Shown: positions 1 to 23,590 of the stretch, one piece after another | Numbering within the stretch: the first letter of the stretch is position 1 | Layout of the letters: the number at the start of each line of letters is the position of its first letter | Source: the human T2T-CHM13v2.0 reference genome, Homo sapiens | Strand: one strand, 5' to 3' | Assembly (NCBI RefSeq): GCF_009914755.1 | Contig: NC_060930.1 | DNA length: 64,000 bases | The notes under the pieces: model-generated | Told to the model about the DNA's origin: nothing | The model's input: the letters and a program-made list of their open reading frames with translations, nothing else | The model's database searches: none | Made by a program: the position numbers and the translations under genes

Positions 1-2
1 AC

Positions 3-155
<153 letters not shown>

Positions 156-157
156 TC

Positions 158-188
<31 letters not shown>

Positions 189-969
189 AGAAAAAAGAAA
201 TACATAAGAGGATACTGCACCTCACTCATAATGAAAATTATGCAATTTAATATAATGATATGCCATTTGTATCTACTTGATTTAAAAGTTTGATAATATA
301 CAGTATAGGTAAGAATGTGGGAAACAGGGCAAAGCCATTTTCGTTTGTGGGAGTGAAGATTGTGTAACCTCTTTGTCAGACAATTTAGCAATGTTTATCA
401 AATTTTAAAACCCACATACTCAATGACCTAATATTCCACTTCCAGGAATTCATTCTATAGCTGTACTCCTACATGTTGGCCAAACTATATATACAACGAT
501 GTTCTCTGCGGTATTTGTAACAGCAAGAAACTAAAGACAATTTGATCATCAGTAGCAGGGGATTGTTTTACTAAATTATGGCTTTGCCATTCAACATATG
601 CAACAATTTAAAAGAATATGGTATGTATCTATGTGCTTACATAGAAAAATCTATAAAATATATTAGGTGAAAAAGCAAAGCATAGAACAGAGTATAATGG
701 ATACTCCCACTTCTACTTTTTAAAAATCTTATATGTATAGTTAAATGTAATTAAAGTCCCAGTGGAACTTTATGGAAAGATATGCAAGAAACTCTTAATG
801 GTGGTTATGCCTAAGGGGATGGGACTGGGAATCTAGGGAGGAAAAAGGACTCGTTTTTATTGTATTTCTCTTTATATTGTTTTAAGTTTATTACCAGATA
901 CTTGAACTACTTTCATAATTCAGATCACTGGTAAGTATGAGAAGACTTTTTTTTTTTTTTTTTTTTTGA

Positions 970-1158
<189 letters not shown>

Positions 1159-1279
1159 TGATGGGGCTGGTCTCGAACTCCTGACCTCAGGTAATCCGCC
1201 CGCCTCGGCCTCCCAAAGTGCTGGGATTACAGGCGTGAGCCACCGCGCCCGGCCATGAAAAGACTTTTGACCTAACTTG

Positions 1280-1612
1280 TTTTTTTAACTTTTATTTTAG
1301 GTTCAGGGGTACATGTGCAGGTTTGTAATATAGGTGAACTCATGTTAAGGGAGTTTGTTGTACAGGTTATTTTGTCATCCAGGTACTAAGTTAGCACCCA
1401 AGAGTTATTTTTTCTGATCCTCTCCCTTCTCTCTCCTCCCACCCTCCACCCTCAAGTAAGCCCCAGTATCTGTTGTTCCCCTCTTTGTGTCCATGTGTTC
1501 TCATCATTTAGCTCCTACGTACATGTGAGAACATGCGGTATTTGGTTTTCTGTTCTTGCATTAGTTTGCTAAAGATAATGGCCTCCAGCTCCATGTTCTG
1601 GCAAAGGATATG

Positions 1613-1620
<8 letters not shown>
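1280..1620 (-). mobile_element. 5'-truncated primate L1 3' end
   Basis: T-tract followed by the typical L1P 3'UTR (ggggtacatgtgcaggtttg..., gagaacatgcggtatttggttttctg); TSD acttYtgacctaacttgt at 1263-1280 and 1621-1638. Confidence 0.9.
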
Positions 1621-2319
<699 letters not shown>

Positions 2320-2766
2320 TAATGAGGCAAATCTATGTATACTTGTAACAGAGATTGTTAGTTGTGCCCCAGTATCCATTCTTCTCTTCCCCTCTGATTT
2401 TTGAGCTGGGTATATGGCTATTTGGAATAAAGAATAAATTTCCCAGCCTCCTTTGCTGGTAGGTGTGCCCCTGTGTTCTTGTTAATGTTTTTGTTTGTTT
2501 GTTTGTTTGTTTTGCTGGATAGATGCAGATGTAATGGCAGGAGCTCAGACAGCCATATTGAAACATGAGGTAGAAGCCCCATGTTGAAGATGGCATAAAA
2601 ATGACAGAAGGATCCTAGGTCCCTGATAATTATGGAATCCTGGTATTGCCTGGCCACTTACCTTTGGACTTCATTAGAGAGAGAAATCAATGTCTAATTT
2701 TGCAAGACACTGATATTTTTAATTTTCTTTCACTAGCAGCCAAACCTAATCTTAACTGATAGATAT

Positions 2767-3069
2767 TATATTAGTCTGTTTTCACGCTGCTGATAAAGAC
2801 ATACCTGAGACTGGGCAAGTTACTAAAGAAAGAAGTTTAACTGGACTTACAGTTCTGCATAGCTGGGGAGGCCTCACAATCATGATGGAAGGCAAGGAGG
2901 AGCAAATCACATCTTACGTGGATATTGGCAGGCGAAGAGTGCTTGCGCGGGAAAACTCCCCCTTATAGAACCATTGGATCTCTTGAGACTTATTCACTAT
3001 TATGAGAAAAGCATGGGAAAGACCTGCCCCCATGATTCAATTACCTCCTACTGGGTCCAAACCATATCA
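2767..3069 (-). mobile_element. THE1 (MaLR) solo LTR with an internal deletion
   Basis: tatattagtctgttttcacgctgctgataaagacatacc...aaaccatatca termini typical of THE1. Confidence 0.85.
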
Positions 3070-3930
3070 CATATAATGATGTGGAATGATTTCTAAGATA
3101 AATTGTTAAATGCAAAAGCAAGGTGCAAGCAATGCATACAGTATGATACTATTTTTGGAAAAAAGTGCAGAAAGATATAACTATGTTCGCATATGGGCAA
3201 CATTTTCCAGAAGTATATACTGTTTGAATTTTTCACCATGTGCAAATATAACTTATTCAAAAGTGAACTTTTAAAAATCAGTTTTAAACTAATTAAAAAA
3301 TGATTTGTATTTCTAAACCATAACAATTTGATTTTTTAGAAATCAACATAGTTTGATGAAACTATGGTTGTTTTTTCTTTTCTTTCTTGTTTTCTATATT
3401 TGCAGGATTTTAAGATATTTACATGCAAAATAGAACAGTCCCAGACAATAAAAATAACTTATGCTTTAAATATTTCTGATTTGATGTCATGCAAACGCTT
3501 TCATTCCCAGGACCCCAAAGGTCAATATGTTGAACATACACTTTAGACTTGCAAGTCCATTCAGCAATATATATTGTGCATCTATGATCTTTAAAGCACT
3601 GCTTTTAGGTAAAAAAAAAAAAACAGACAAGAGATGTTTGTTCATGGAGCTGATGTTCTCACGGGACAAACAGGGTAATGCGATAAAAAGTCTTGAGAAT
3701 TCCATTAGAGAGGGTAGTGAGGGAAGACCTCTGAGGAGGCAACATTTGTGCTAAGGCCCAAAAGATGAGAATTCCAGGAAATGATCCTAGCACATGCAGA
3801 AACAGAAGGATGCTCAGAGCAGTTGTGGAAGAACAAGGGGCAGGAAGAGTAGCTTCAGAAAAGGTAGCAGGGCAGCATCTGTGTGCTTCAGCGAGAGATC
3901 CTCTGCACCTAACCAGAAGTGCAAAACATA

Positions 3931-9566
<5,636 letters not shown>

Positions 9567-11694
9567 ATTCCATTAAATGTTAATGAGTCCATTCATTTAT
9601 TCATTTCACAGCATCTTCAGCCAAACTGGCTGTGAGTAAATCCCACTCCACCACTTACTAGGCACGTCAGCTTAGGTCAATTGGTTACTTCATCTCTCCG
9701 TGTATCATTTTTCCCAACTAGAAGATGGAGATGATAATGATAGTACCTATCAAGGTTGTTATGAGGCTTAAACAAGCTTATATATATATGCTTGTTTATA
9801 TATATGTATGTGCAAAGTAATCAGAACAGTGCCATTATTGCCAGCACTATTATAAAATGTGTTCCAATAGAGACAAAGAGGGCCCCCCTCAGTCTAGAAA
9901 GATTTGGAGTTCCTTGCTAGGTCAAGGAGGAAAGGGCATCCAGGCAGCAGGAACGGCATGTACAAAGGCTCAGAGGTGTACACCAGTACAGCAAGCTGAG
10001 GGAACCAGGAGGAATTCCATGAGGCTGGAACTTAACGTGCAGCTGGGGGCAGGCTGCGAGTTGCATGCTGTGCATGGCCGGCTGGCTGTGCCATGCCAGG
10101 CATTTGGGTTTCCAATCTGATGGTAATGGGGAGCCTGTGAAGGGCTCTAAGTTACAGATGAGCCGTGTGTTTGTGGCAGATCATTCTGGCATCCATGTGG
10201 AGGATGGAGAGAGGAGGATGGTATAAACCTGAAGATGGGATCCTTCCAGCCCCTGTGCCATTAGAAACCCTGGGAGGGAAGTGGTGAGAAATGCCAAGGC
10301 AGTGGTGGTGAGGCCTTAAGGAGGGATTGGATGGAAAGGATAGGGCAAGAATAACCCATGCGATATGAGGACTGATTGGATGAGGTAGGGGAGGGCAGAA
10401 TCTAGGGTGGCCCGAAAGTTTCTGTCATGCAACATTAGTTACCAAGATAGGGGAGACAGGTGGGGGCAATGGCTCGCATCTGTAATCCCAGCAACTCAAG
10501 ACGCCGAGGTAGGAGGATTGCTTGAGGCCAGGAGTTCGAGCCCAGCCTGGGCACTGTAGGGAGACCTCGTTTCTAAAAACATTTCTAAAAATTAGCCGGG
10601 TATGGTGGCACACACCCATAGTCCTAGGTACTCAAGAGGCCAAGGTGGGAGAATCACTTGAGCCCAGGAGTCCAAGGTTGCAGTGAGCTACGATTGTGCC
10701 ACCGCACTCGTCTAGGCAACAGAAATCCTGACTCTAAAATAAAAACAAAATAGGGAAGACAACAGGAAGATCAGGCAGGTGGCAGTGTCTGTATGCTCTG
10801 GGAGGGGTGGGCAGAGGTGATGGCCTCAGTGTGCAGCACGGTGTTTGAGATTCATTCTCGGGAGTTCTTCTGCCTATGTGATGTTCCCCAGTCTCTCACA
10901 CCAAGACACACACACTCTTAGAAGACAGTTACCGTGTCTTATGATTTCTGTGCCACCCCTCACCCTTCCTACCTGCCCCAACCCATCCCAGGCACATGCT
11001 CTGTACTCAGTGACTGCCGCTGAATTGGATTTAATGGAATCCAAGCTTCCTCCCTACCCAACTCTTGAGATCTGGTAATTGGGTCGCAAACATTACCCCC
11101 TGCTTGGCTGGTCTCTGGATTCCTGCTGTGCTGCCCTGGAGGAGTCTGGGAGAAGCCACCCTTCTGTTGAAGAGGGCTAGACTGCCTGGGACCCTGCTGC
11201 CAGTCCCAAAGCTGCCACATCAACCTTGGGATTGAGCCCTCTTCTAAGACTTTCCCACCTCCCCACAGGGGAGAGCATGGGCATGGGGCATCTGCAGCAA
11301 TGGGAAGAATGGATGGGCTAGAGGGAGGAGTGTGGCAGTGAGAGCAAAGACCAGCCTCGTGTTTACTGGTCTCACCAAACCTCAGCTCCTTGGAGACCTT
11401 TGTTCCTAGAAGTGATGGAATCCTTACCCCACCCCCCGCCATCCCTATTCCTGCCAGGCACCCAAACAAGGTGCTGTCCCAGAGTAAACCCACAGCTCTT
11501 GAGCTTTTTCTCATTCCCACAGGGCCATCAGTAGGAAAAATTAATAGAAAAGATTCCAGTTGGATACAAAGCCAGAGGCAGCTGGGAACCAACAACTGAG
11601 CCCACATTTCCCCTACAGTGTCCTCAGCTCAAGGCATGTGAGCTGGGCTTGCCTGAGAGCTGAGGGTGGAGAGGAGCCTCCTATCATGAGAGAG

Positions 11695-11940
11695 CGTGTG
11701 AGAGTGTGTGCCTGTGCGCCCATGTGTGTGCACACGTGTGCCTGTGTGCCCATGTATTCATGTATGTGTGAGTGTGTGCTCCATGTGCACGTGTGTTTGT
11801 GGGGCTACATGCCCATGTATGCATCTGTGTGTATGCACGCATGTGTCCACATCTGTGTTGCCCATTACATGCCCACGTGCATGTCTGTGTGCACCCTGTG
11901 TGTATGTGCAATGAATGTGCACCTGTGGCAATGCACACCC
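11695..11940. repeat. Degenerate (TG/CA)-rich alternating purine-pyrimidine tract
   Basis: gtgtgtgcacacgtgtgcctgtgtgcccatg-type units over ~250 bp. Confidence 0.85.
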
Positions 11941-14695
11941 ATGGGAGGGGCAGGGGAGCTGTGGGAGCGTGGGGGACATTTTTGCAAACTCGGTGTTGTG
12001 GGCAGGCAGGTAGGAGTGGGTCTGGACATGGCTGTGGGAACAGGAGTCATGTGTTTGTGGTGGAAGGAGGATTTCTGCCCGGGTGTTTGTGAATGAGGAC
12101 TGGACGACTGAGGTGGGGCAGCTGTGCTTCTGGCTGAGGCCCCGCCGTCTCATCCTTCCTGGGGTCACCTCCCAGGGCAGCCACCTTTGCCAGAAGTGCC
12201 CAGGTTTGATGCTCCAGCCTGGGCTGGCATGGCCAGCAGAAAGCACAATGTCTTGGAGGCCCAGCAGAAGGAAGACATCAGTCTCTGAACATTGAAAAGG
12301 GGCAGGTGAAAGTGTAGGGCGGGAGGAATAAGTCCCTTCGATTCCTCCAACGGTGGCTGGCAAAACAGACCCCATCTCCCTGGAAGGCTGTGCCCTAGGA
12401 TGGGAGGGTTGCAAAATGGAGGCAGCTCTGTCTCTGTTCTAGTAGTGGAGACCTGGATGACACCACTCCCCAGATGTCCAAGGACTGGGGGGCCTCTGGG
12501 GGCGGCATTTGAATTAGGCCATAAACGATTAGGAGAATGTCAGAGGAAGGAAGTGGTAGGGGAAAGGGGGCATTCCAGGCGGCAGAAACAACTCGAGCAA
12601 AGGCACAGAGGCGGGAAAATGCAGGGTGTGCTCGCGAGAGCCAGAGGTCCTCTGCAAGCTGCCTCCCGCATGTTCATGGAAGAAAGCTGAGGCCCAGAGA
12701 GAGGAAGTGTTTCTAAGACCTAGCAGTAGAAATGAGGTCCTCTTACTCCAGGTCAGTGATTTTTGTCACCCTAAAAAGCTTGCAGGAGGGAACACCGGGG
12801 AATCGGCTGTTGGTTTGGTTTCCTTTGCTTTCTTATCCCCATCTAGGGCTGAATCAGGGATCCCTGTTCTTTGCCTTCCTCTGCCAGCAGCTAGCTGTGT
12901 GATTCTGAATAAGTCACTTCCCCTCTTTGGGCCCCTCATCTCCAATACAAAGGAGGTATAAGGCCCGGCCTCACCTGGGAATCCCAATTCGGACTCCATA
13001 GCAAGCTAAAATGTGGCTTAGTTATTCTCCTATCCTCAGCACCTAGCAGAATCTACAGCACAACACAGGTGCTCAAATAACTGTTTTTGAATGAAGAAAG
13101 GAAGGAAAGAATGAAAAGCATCATGACTCTTCCTTAGCACTCTACTTTGACAGCCTCAGCCTCTCCCCTCCCCAGGCAGGACAAAGGATACAGGAGTTCC
13201 AAACCTTGAAGAGGAAGGCAAGAAAAACAAATAATCTAACTACACAGGGGCCCTAAACTCTGCCTCTGGGTAGATGCCCCTGAGAGAACCTTTCCTTGCA
13301 GCCTTGGCCTTGCTGAAACTGTGCAGTGGGGAGGGCCTGGAGGAGGGGCAGGGACCTCTAGCAGAACAGGAGGCAGCTGGGCCTGAGCCACAGCTGGCCC
13401 TCCCCTTGCCCCCTCCCAACTCACAGCCTCTCTGCTCCAAGAAGTGTCCCAAGCCCTCTGGTCCCAACCCTGAGGGGTTGGGCTGGGTCTGAAACCTCCT
13501 GTTTCCCAGCCAATGATACCTTCATTTTTTCCAGTTCCAGTAACCCCTTTTTTGAGGCCTCCCTTTCATGTTAAGAACTTTATTGCTCATTTCCCTCTTC
13601 TATGACAGCAGCTGTATTTCTTTTAACTTTGTAAAACACACACATGATCTATGGTGATAGAAATCAGAATCAGTTGCCTCTGCGGTAGAGACTGACTGGA
13701 AGGGGGCACGAAGGAATTTGGAGGTGGTGAAAATGTCTGAAATCTTGATCTAGGTGATGGTTACATGGGCAGATATATTTGTCAAAATTCATCAGGCTGT
13801 ACACTTAAGATCTGTGCATTTTACTGGATGTGGAATGTATGTACATTATACCTCATAAAGTACTGCTAGCATCTAAAAGATACACATACAGAAAAATACA
13901 CGGAACGGACATGCTCAGTTTAATGAATTATTTAGCCAGCGCCTGTGAAACACCACCCACAATGCCTGGTGCCCCTGTGTAGTCCACAGAGCCTGGCTAT
14001 AACCAAGCAGTTTCCCAGGGACACCAACACCCACAGACAGGGCACCTCGACTCCAGACACCATGTGCCTCTTGCTTCCCGGATTCATGGAAACACAGAGA
14101 CCAGGGATGGGGCAGAGCCCACAGGCTTTGGAACCTAGAATTTCCCATCAGTTCAACCCCAAGCTTGACTGCAACTCCCATTCTAGTGAATTGAAGGAAC
14201 AGAAAACACACCATTTCCCCTTTCTGGGAGGGGGGTTTCCGTACCCGGCCTCCTCCAGTGAGTCTTGGCTGAGGGGTGGGGGTTGTCCCTAGTTAAAGTC
14301 AAGGAGAACTGTGCCTTCCCTGCATCCCTGCTAAAAATAACCCCAGGCAGTGTTGCTGCCACTGAGCAGCAGGAAGGACAGAGTCATGTTTTGCTTTAAA
14401 ACTAGAAGCAGCTCGGCAGTTGGGGGCTAGGGCGGGGTGGGAGAGCAGGCTAGGGATCTGAGAACCCTGGCTGTGCTCCGTGCACCCCCACCCCCAGCTG
14501 CAGCTGGTCTTCCGGGGGTGCCTGAGAGGGGTGTGTGTATGTTAGTGCGTGCACGCGCATGTGTGGTGACAGGGCCTCCCAGCAGCAGAGCAGGGAGCCA
14601 GGGAAGCCTGGGAATGGGTGGGGAGGGGTCTCTGTCCTGATAACTGGAGCATGCAGCTGGAGGGCCAGGCGTCACGTACTCCATGGGGTCCCTAC

Positions 14696-14916
14696 CTCCT
14701 CTGAGAAGCGTTCTGTCCCTGCAGCCCACACCAGGCTCCCTGGGGGTCGGAGAGTCTAGCCTTCTGCAGCGTGGCTGCCTGCCCCTCGGGGGCTCCTTGC
14801 ACACACAGGGCTGGGGATTGTCGCTTCGTAGTCCCTGTCTCTGTCTGGCTTCCGCTCTGCCCAAAGAGAATGTGAGGTCCTCAAGGGTGGGCGCAGTCCG
14901 GCAGCGAGGAATTTCC
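14696..14916 (-). other. FKBP5: FKBP5 non-coding 5'UTR exon (second exon of the distal-promoter isoform)
   Basis: Minus-strand acceptor CTTGTACTTCCTGTTTCCAG|GGAAAT and donor GAG|GTAGG delimit 221 nt. This matches the recalled size of this exon (c.-240 to c.-20) and the known head-to-head position of FKBP5 next to ARMC12. Confidence 0.8.
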
Positions 14917-15436
14917 CTGGAAACAGGAAGTACAAGATGTGTCAATGCAGGATCCTAGCAGAGGAGTGACAGGCTGAGTAAAGGGAAGGGAAGAGGCCCT
15001 CCTGGCTGCTCACTCTTGCTCTCTCCTCCCACTACTCCCCTGCCTGTCTCATGCATCAGAGGCCTCACATTGTTGGTCTCTCTTTCTCTGTGCATGTCTT
15101 GGGTCCCCAGCTCCTTGGAGCCACGATCATCCTGCAGTTGGCCTCCATTTTCCAAGGTAACAATAAAGAAGAATCACCATTAATTTCACAGGTACCCCAT
15201 TCCGGGCACTGTGCTGACCCTGATGTGGATGATCTCATTTAATCCTCCCAGCAAGCCTGTGATATTGGAATGATTACAATTACTCCTTATTTACAAATTA
15301 GGAAACTGAGGCTTAAAGTGGTAAAGTGCTAGTCTAGGATCCCACTGGTAGTACATGAAAAAGGCAAGGCTTGAAGTCATGATATGGAACACAGAGCATG
15401 TCCAAGATGACTGTCCAGAAGACAATAAGAATTTTA

Positions 15437-19156
<3,720 letters not shown>

Positions 19157-20903
19157 TCAGACAGACCTGAGTGTGAATCTCAGCTGAGCTCTGTTATTTT
19201 TCTGAGCCTCAGTTTCCTTAACTGTCAAAGACGGCTAACAATAGCACCCACACCCCAGAATTGTTGTGAGGAGTAAATGGGATCCTGTAAATAAAGACCT
19301 GAACCTCAACCTTGGGTCTAGTAGTGAGTCTCCTGTGCCACAGTCTTTGGGTTCCAAACGCTGTTGGGGGTTGGTGTGCAGAGATAGTTCTCCATATAAG
19401 CAATCAAGATTAGCCATCAATGTGAATAATAATATCCCATGCTCCTGGGGGAGAAAGGCCAGATCATAAACGTATTGATCTCTCAATATCTAAGCCACTT
19501 TGAGGAGATTAAACTGGTCACAACTCAGAAAATCATTGAGAAATCATCAAGTGTCAAATTCCATTAGGAATGTGTGACTCCTGGGGGTGAGAGGATGGGT
19601 AGATCCCCCTCCCTGCCGCGAGGCCCCCACCTCTGCCTCTGTTCTCTGTGACTGACAAGGAAGGATCTGTGATTACCAGGTCTGCCGAGCTCTTGGAGGC
19701 AACTTACATAGTGCTGTCACTTGTCTAGCTGGGCTCAGGAATATTGCTAAAAGGCTTGGGAAACAAGGCTGGCAAGGGGAGAGGGATCAGCCTCAAGGGT
19801 CCAGAGAAACTCCAGACCTGGTGTGGAGACTCCACAGCTTTAGAGGCAGTTTCAAGGCTGGGTGATGGGAGAGAGAAAGGACTGGGGGCTTCACCCTTCT
19901 GGAGTCTAACTTCTCCAGGGTCTCTCTGCACCCCACCTTCCCACCCCCAGCAAGAGTTTAGAACCTAAAGACGGGGAGTGGGAAGCAGGAGACTCATTTC
20001 TTGATCCATGGGGAGTTGGGGAGCCCAAGTGGAAGATGGGGAGATGAGAGCAGGGGTAACTGACAGCAGGATGCCACAGCTAAAGAAGGAAGTATAAATA
20101 TAAAGCGGCCAGTGTAGGACTGGACAGAGGCCATATGAAACACACGGTACATTCCGGTCCCAGCGTAACAAACTGTACCAGCCTTTTTGAGAGCTGTGAG
20201 CACTAAAATGGGGAGGGAAGAGAGCAGAGGTTCCTTCGAGGTTGGCCCTGCCTCCTCCTCCCCCACTTCTCCCACAGCTCGGGGCACCGCAGGGAAAGTC
20301 CTGATGTTCCTTTTGCAACCACAGGAAACCTACCATCCCTGCTCACACTCTGTACCCTGTTCCTCTCAGCAGCTCCAGACTGGGAGGGAGCAATGAGTGT
20401 GTATGCATGGGGGTGTTTGGGGGAATGTAGGGTGCAGACAGCCCCAGCAGCCCAGGTGACACCCGGAAAGGCGGCAAGCATCACTTGGATACTGACTGGA
20501 AGTCACAGCCTGTAAGGGCTGCAAGAGAGGTACAGATGACGGTGAGGAAGTGCCTTGTCCAAGGTCACACAGGCAGTTGTTCACCAGGGTGGGACCAGAG
20601 TGCATCCAGAACTAGGCAGTGCTGGGCAGCTCTCTTGGGTGTAGTACGTAGGAGTGGCAGGCCAGAGAACAGGCAGTGCCCAGGGACTGAGGGTGGGGAG
20701 CCCAGATCCAAGGCTGCCTCTATGCTCTGGTTGGCTTTGGGAAGGCAGGCCTGGCTTGGGCACTGTGCCCTCCAAGCCTCCCAATCCTATCCCCCCAACC
20801 TTAAATATTAGAGATAATGCATGTGAAGTGCCTAGCGTGGAGGTTGTTTTGTGGTGATGTCAAGCAGAATGAGTCACGTCCACCCCTCCCATCTCCTCCT
20901 CCT

Positions 20904-20904
<1 letters not shown>

Positions 20905-20946
<42 letters not shown>
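20905..20946. repeat. (CA)21 microsatellite
   Basis: Perfect CA run of 42 nt. Confidence 0.97.
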
Positions 20947-20947
<1 letters not shown>

Positions 20948-21969
20948 CTCAAGGCCTAGAACCTCCTGGGATCTTTCTCCCATATCTTTCTCCCTAGAAC
21001 CACCTTCTTTCTTCTGAGTCCCTATAGCTATTACACACATTTGGTACTCACCACCTGCTGGCTTGGGTTATTATTTAACCTAACATCCAGCGTGTTTGTC
21101 TCTTCAATTGCCCAAGGGGAGGATATCATTTCAATACACCCAATATTTATTGAACATGAACTCCGGTGCCAAGCCTGGCCTGTGGGGGATGAGTTGGAAT
21201 GGTGGTGGGAGGCGGGGGCAGTGGAGGAGAGGGCTCAAAGAAGAAGCAGACTTTGTTTCTGCCTCAAGGACTTTCTAATCTGGTTAGAAGAACAGGATTA
21301 GTAAACAGATCGCTAGAATATGAGACAGGCCACACGCTGTGCCGTGAGAAAGGTACAAACTGAGTGTGCTGGGCGTTCAGAGGAGACAGGAATCAGATTT
21401 GGCTGGCACTGTTTCAAGGAAGCTTTATGAGCTGGAGCAGCAGAGATGGGTAGACAGGGAGGACAGGCACTCCTGGCATGAGAAATGGCACAGCAAACTG
21501 TGGAGGTGGGAAGGAGGGAGAACAAAGGACTTCAGGACTGTGTCTTAACCTCATGGTGACATTCTTTAGCAGGACCCAATACAGAGCCTTCCACACGGTA
21601 AACGTGCGATATAAATGCTTTGTTCCCTCCTTGGTTTGGAGAGGGTGGGATCTTTAGGACCAGCACTTAGTGATGTCTTTCCACAGAAGGATGGGTAAGG
21701 AGAAAACGTGGCTCTGAATAAACCAGGGGTTTGGAGCTAAACACAGGGAAGGGTCAGATTCCAGGGGCAGTTTGGGGTCGTCTTCCTTGGCCTTGCCCTT
21801 CTTTCACCCTGTCGTCCACACCCACTCGCCAGTGTCTGGGCTCTCCCTACTCCCGGCGTCGTGCCAGGGATTTCCCAAACCGTCCAAAAGGGCTGGGCTT
21901 GGTTTGCCAGCCCCGGGAATCCCTGGAGTCTCCGTGTTCCAGGCTTCTGTGAAGGATCAGGGAAGGGGG

Positions 21970-22760
21970 GCTAGGAAAGGGGAGGCTCCTCCTGGGGATT
22001 GCTTGAATTGGCCCCCTCAACACGGGCTTCCGTTGTCACGTGACTGCGTCCCAGGTCTCGCAAGTCTGGGGCTGGCGAGCTCCAGCTATCCTCCTCCCGC
22101 CCCCCGGACTGAGCGCTGGAGAAGCACGGACTGAGCGCTGGAGAGCGCTGGCGGCAGCCTGGGTGGCTCCTTCTGCTCGTAGAGCTCCCCACACCTGCTC
22201 CCTCCCCCAGCTGTGCTAATCCAGGCGCCACCCAAGCCTGGGGTACCCAAGCAGGGGCAAATGGGGGATGGCTAGGTCTGGGTGCTCCAAGGCCGGTGAG
22301 TGGGCAGGGCTGCGGGGCCCACGCGCGCCCCGGAGGTTGCTCGCCAACCCCTGCCCCAGCGTGCAATCGCATGGTTGCGGCGGCCGGGAGGCTGCGCGCC
22401 GAGCGCAAGCCGCGAGCACAAACAGGGCGAGGAGGCTGGTGTGAGCGCCTGGGCCCGCTGCCAGCGCGCCGGGGCTGGAACACAATGTCCCGAGCGGGCG
22501 GGCGGGCGGGCGAGCGCGAGCGAGAACAGCCTGACTCAGCAGCTGGGTAAGTGGGTGTGCTCGCTCACCAGATCAACCGCTCTTGCAGCCTGCGGTCAGC
22601 GACGACCCGGCACTCGGCAGCTCCCTGGAACGGGAGGGGCAAGCATACGGCCCGCTCCTCTGCTCGCGCCCCAGCCTGCCGCGCGAGACCTCCACGTGGC
22701 CGGTTTGCGCATCCCTCTGCCTTCTCGCCCCTCTATTAAAGCGTCTCCCAGCCCCCAGCC
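21970..22760. promoter_or_regulatory. CpG island at the FKBP5 distal promoter/enhancer
   Basis: Dense CpG and GC content, GGGCGG repeats, GRE, AP-1/MARE motif and an E-box (CACGTG). Confidence 0.85.
22477..22491. promoter_or_regulatory. Glucocorticoid/androgen response element
   Basis: GGAACAcaaTGTCCC fits the consensus fully and lies inside a CpG island. Confidence 0.7.
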
Positions 22761-22871
22761 TGAGCGCAGCAGGCTCTGCCCACCTGGGAGAAGCACTCTC
22801 CTCACCCCACCCGACAGGTGTGGCCAGGCACACAGCTGCTGTGTACATGTCCTGTTTTCCCCAAATCTCAC

Positions 22872-22947
22872 CCCTCTGGGACGCCTCGGAAGGTCTTGGC
22901 ATGGGGGATGTAACTCTTAGTTGCAAACAGAGGTAGGAGTTTGTTCT
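22872..22947 (-). other. FKBP5: FKBP5 distal first exon (non-coding; TSS approximate)
   Basis: Minus-strand donor GGG|GTGAGA at 22872 next to a CpG island, ~8.2 kb upstream of the 221-nt exon. A second donor GGG|GTGAGG lies at 22806. The 5' end is inferred from recall. Confidence 0.65.
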
Positions 22948-23573
22948 GGGGTAGTGGTGGAGTAGGGAGCCGAGGAAGGGGATCCTAGGAGAAAAGAGGG
23001 ACATAGGGCAAGAGGATCTCCCCTATCTCTGTCCTCAGCTGACCCAGAGTTCAGAGTCTCTTCCTGCCCCCTCCCCTCAAAACCACTAGGCCCCTGAAGA
23101 TTTCCTCCTCGGAGGGAGGGAGAGGCAGGTGGTGTGGTGTTTTGAAGCCCGAGACCCTGCTTTTCTGCCCCCACCCCCAAACCACAATAAAGACCCAATA
23201 AAGATCCTGCCACCTAGCCACAAAGCTCCTCCTTCCCCCTCTATGCAGGGGAAATGGGGTCCCATTTGGGGTCCCCACTGGGGACTTATGCTGTCCCTAT
23301 GCTGTCTCCTGGCGTCTTGTGGGGCCATTGTGAGGATGACAGCAGCCCAGAGCAGGGTTATTCCTGGGGGTGGGGACCTGTCTCACGTCCCAGCTTCCTG
23401 GGGTGCCTGCGCAGTGCCCTGAGGGATGCTTTGTGCCTGGAGAGTGCCAGGACAGGCGGGGAGGAGTGGTTCCGGGAAAGGCCCTGGCAGGCAGCATAGG
23501 CCTGGGCTCCAGGGCCTTTGAGAGTGGGCCTAGGGGAGGGACCTCAGGCTGCTGAAGTGCCTCACCTGGGCCT

Positions 23574-23590
23574 CCTGCCATCTGGTGGCA
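23574..23590 (-). promoter_or_regulatory. CTCF motif
   Basis: Minus strand reads TGCCACCAGATGGCAGG, matching the CCACYAGRKGGCR core. Confidence 0.6.

Noticed and set aside
10969-12414. Overlapping 178-218 aa ORFs rich in Cys/Val/His/Thr
   Set aside because: Largely a product of the TG/CA repeat; open on both strands; no splice or domain support.
15394-15403. p53-like half-site GAGCATGTCC
   Set aside because: No adjacent second half-site.
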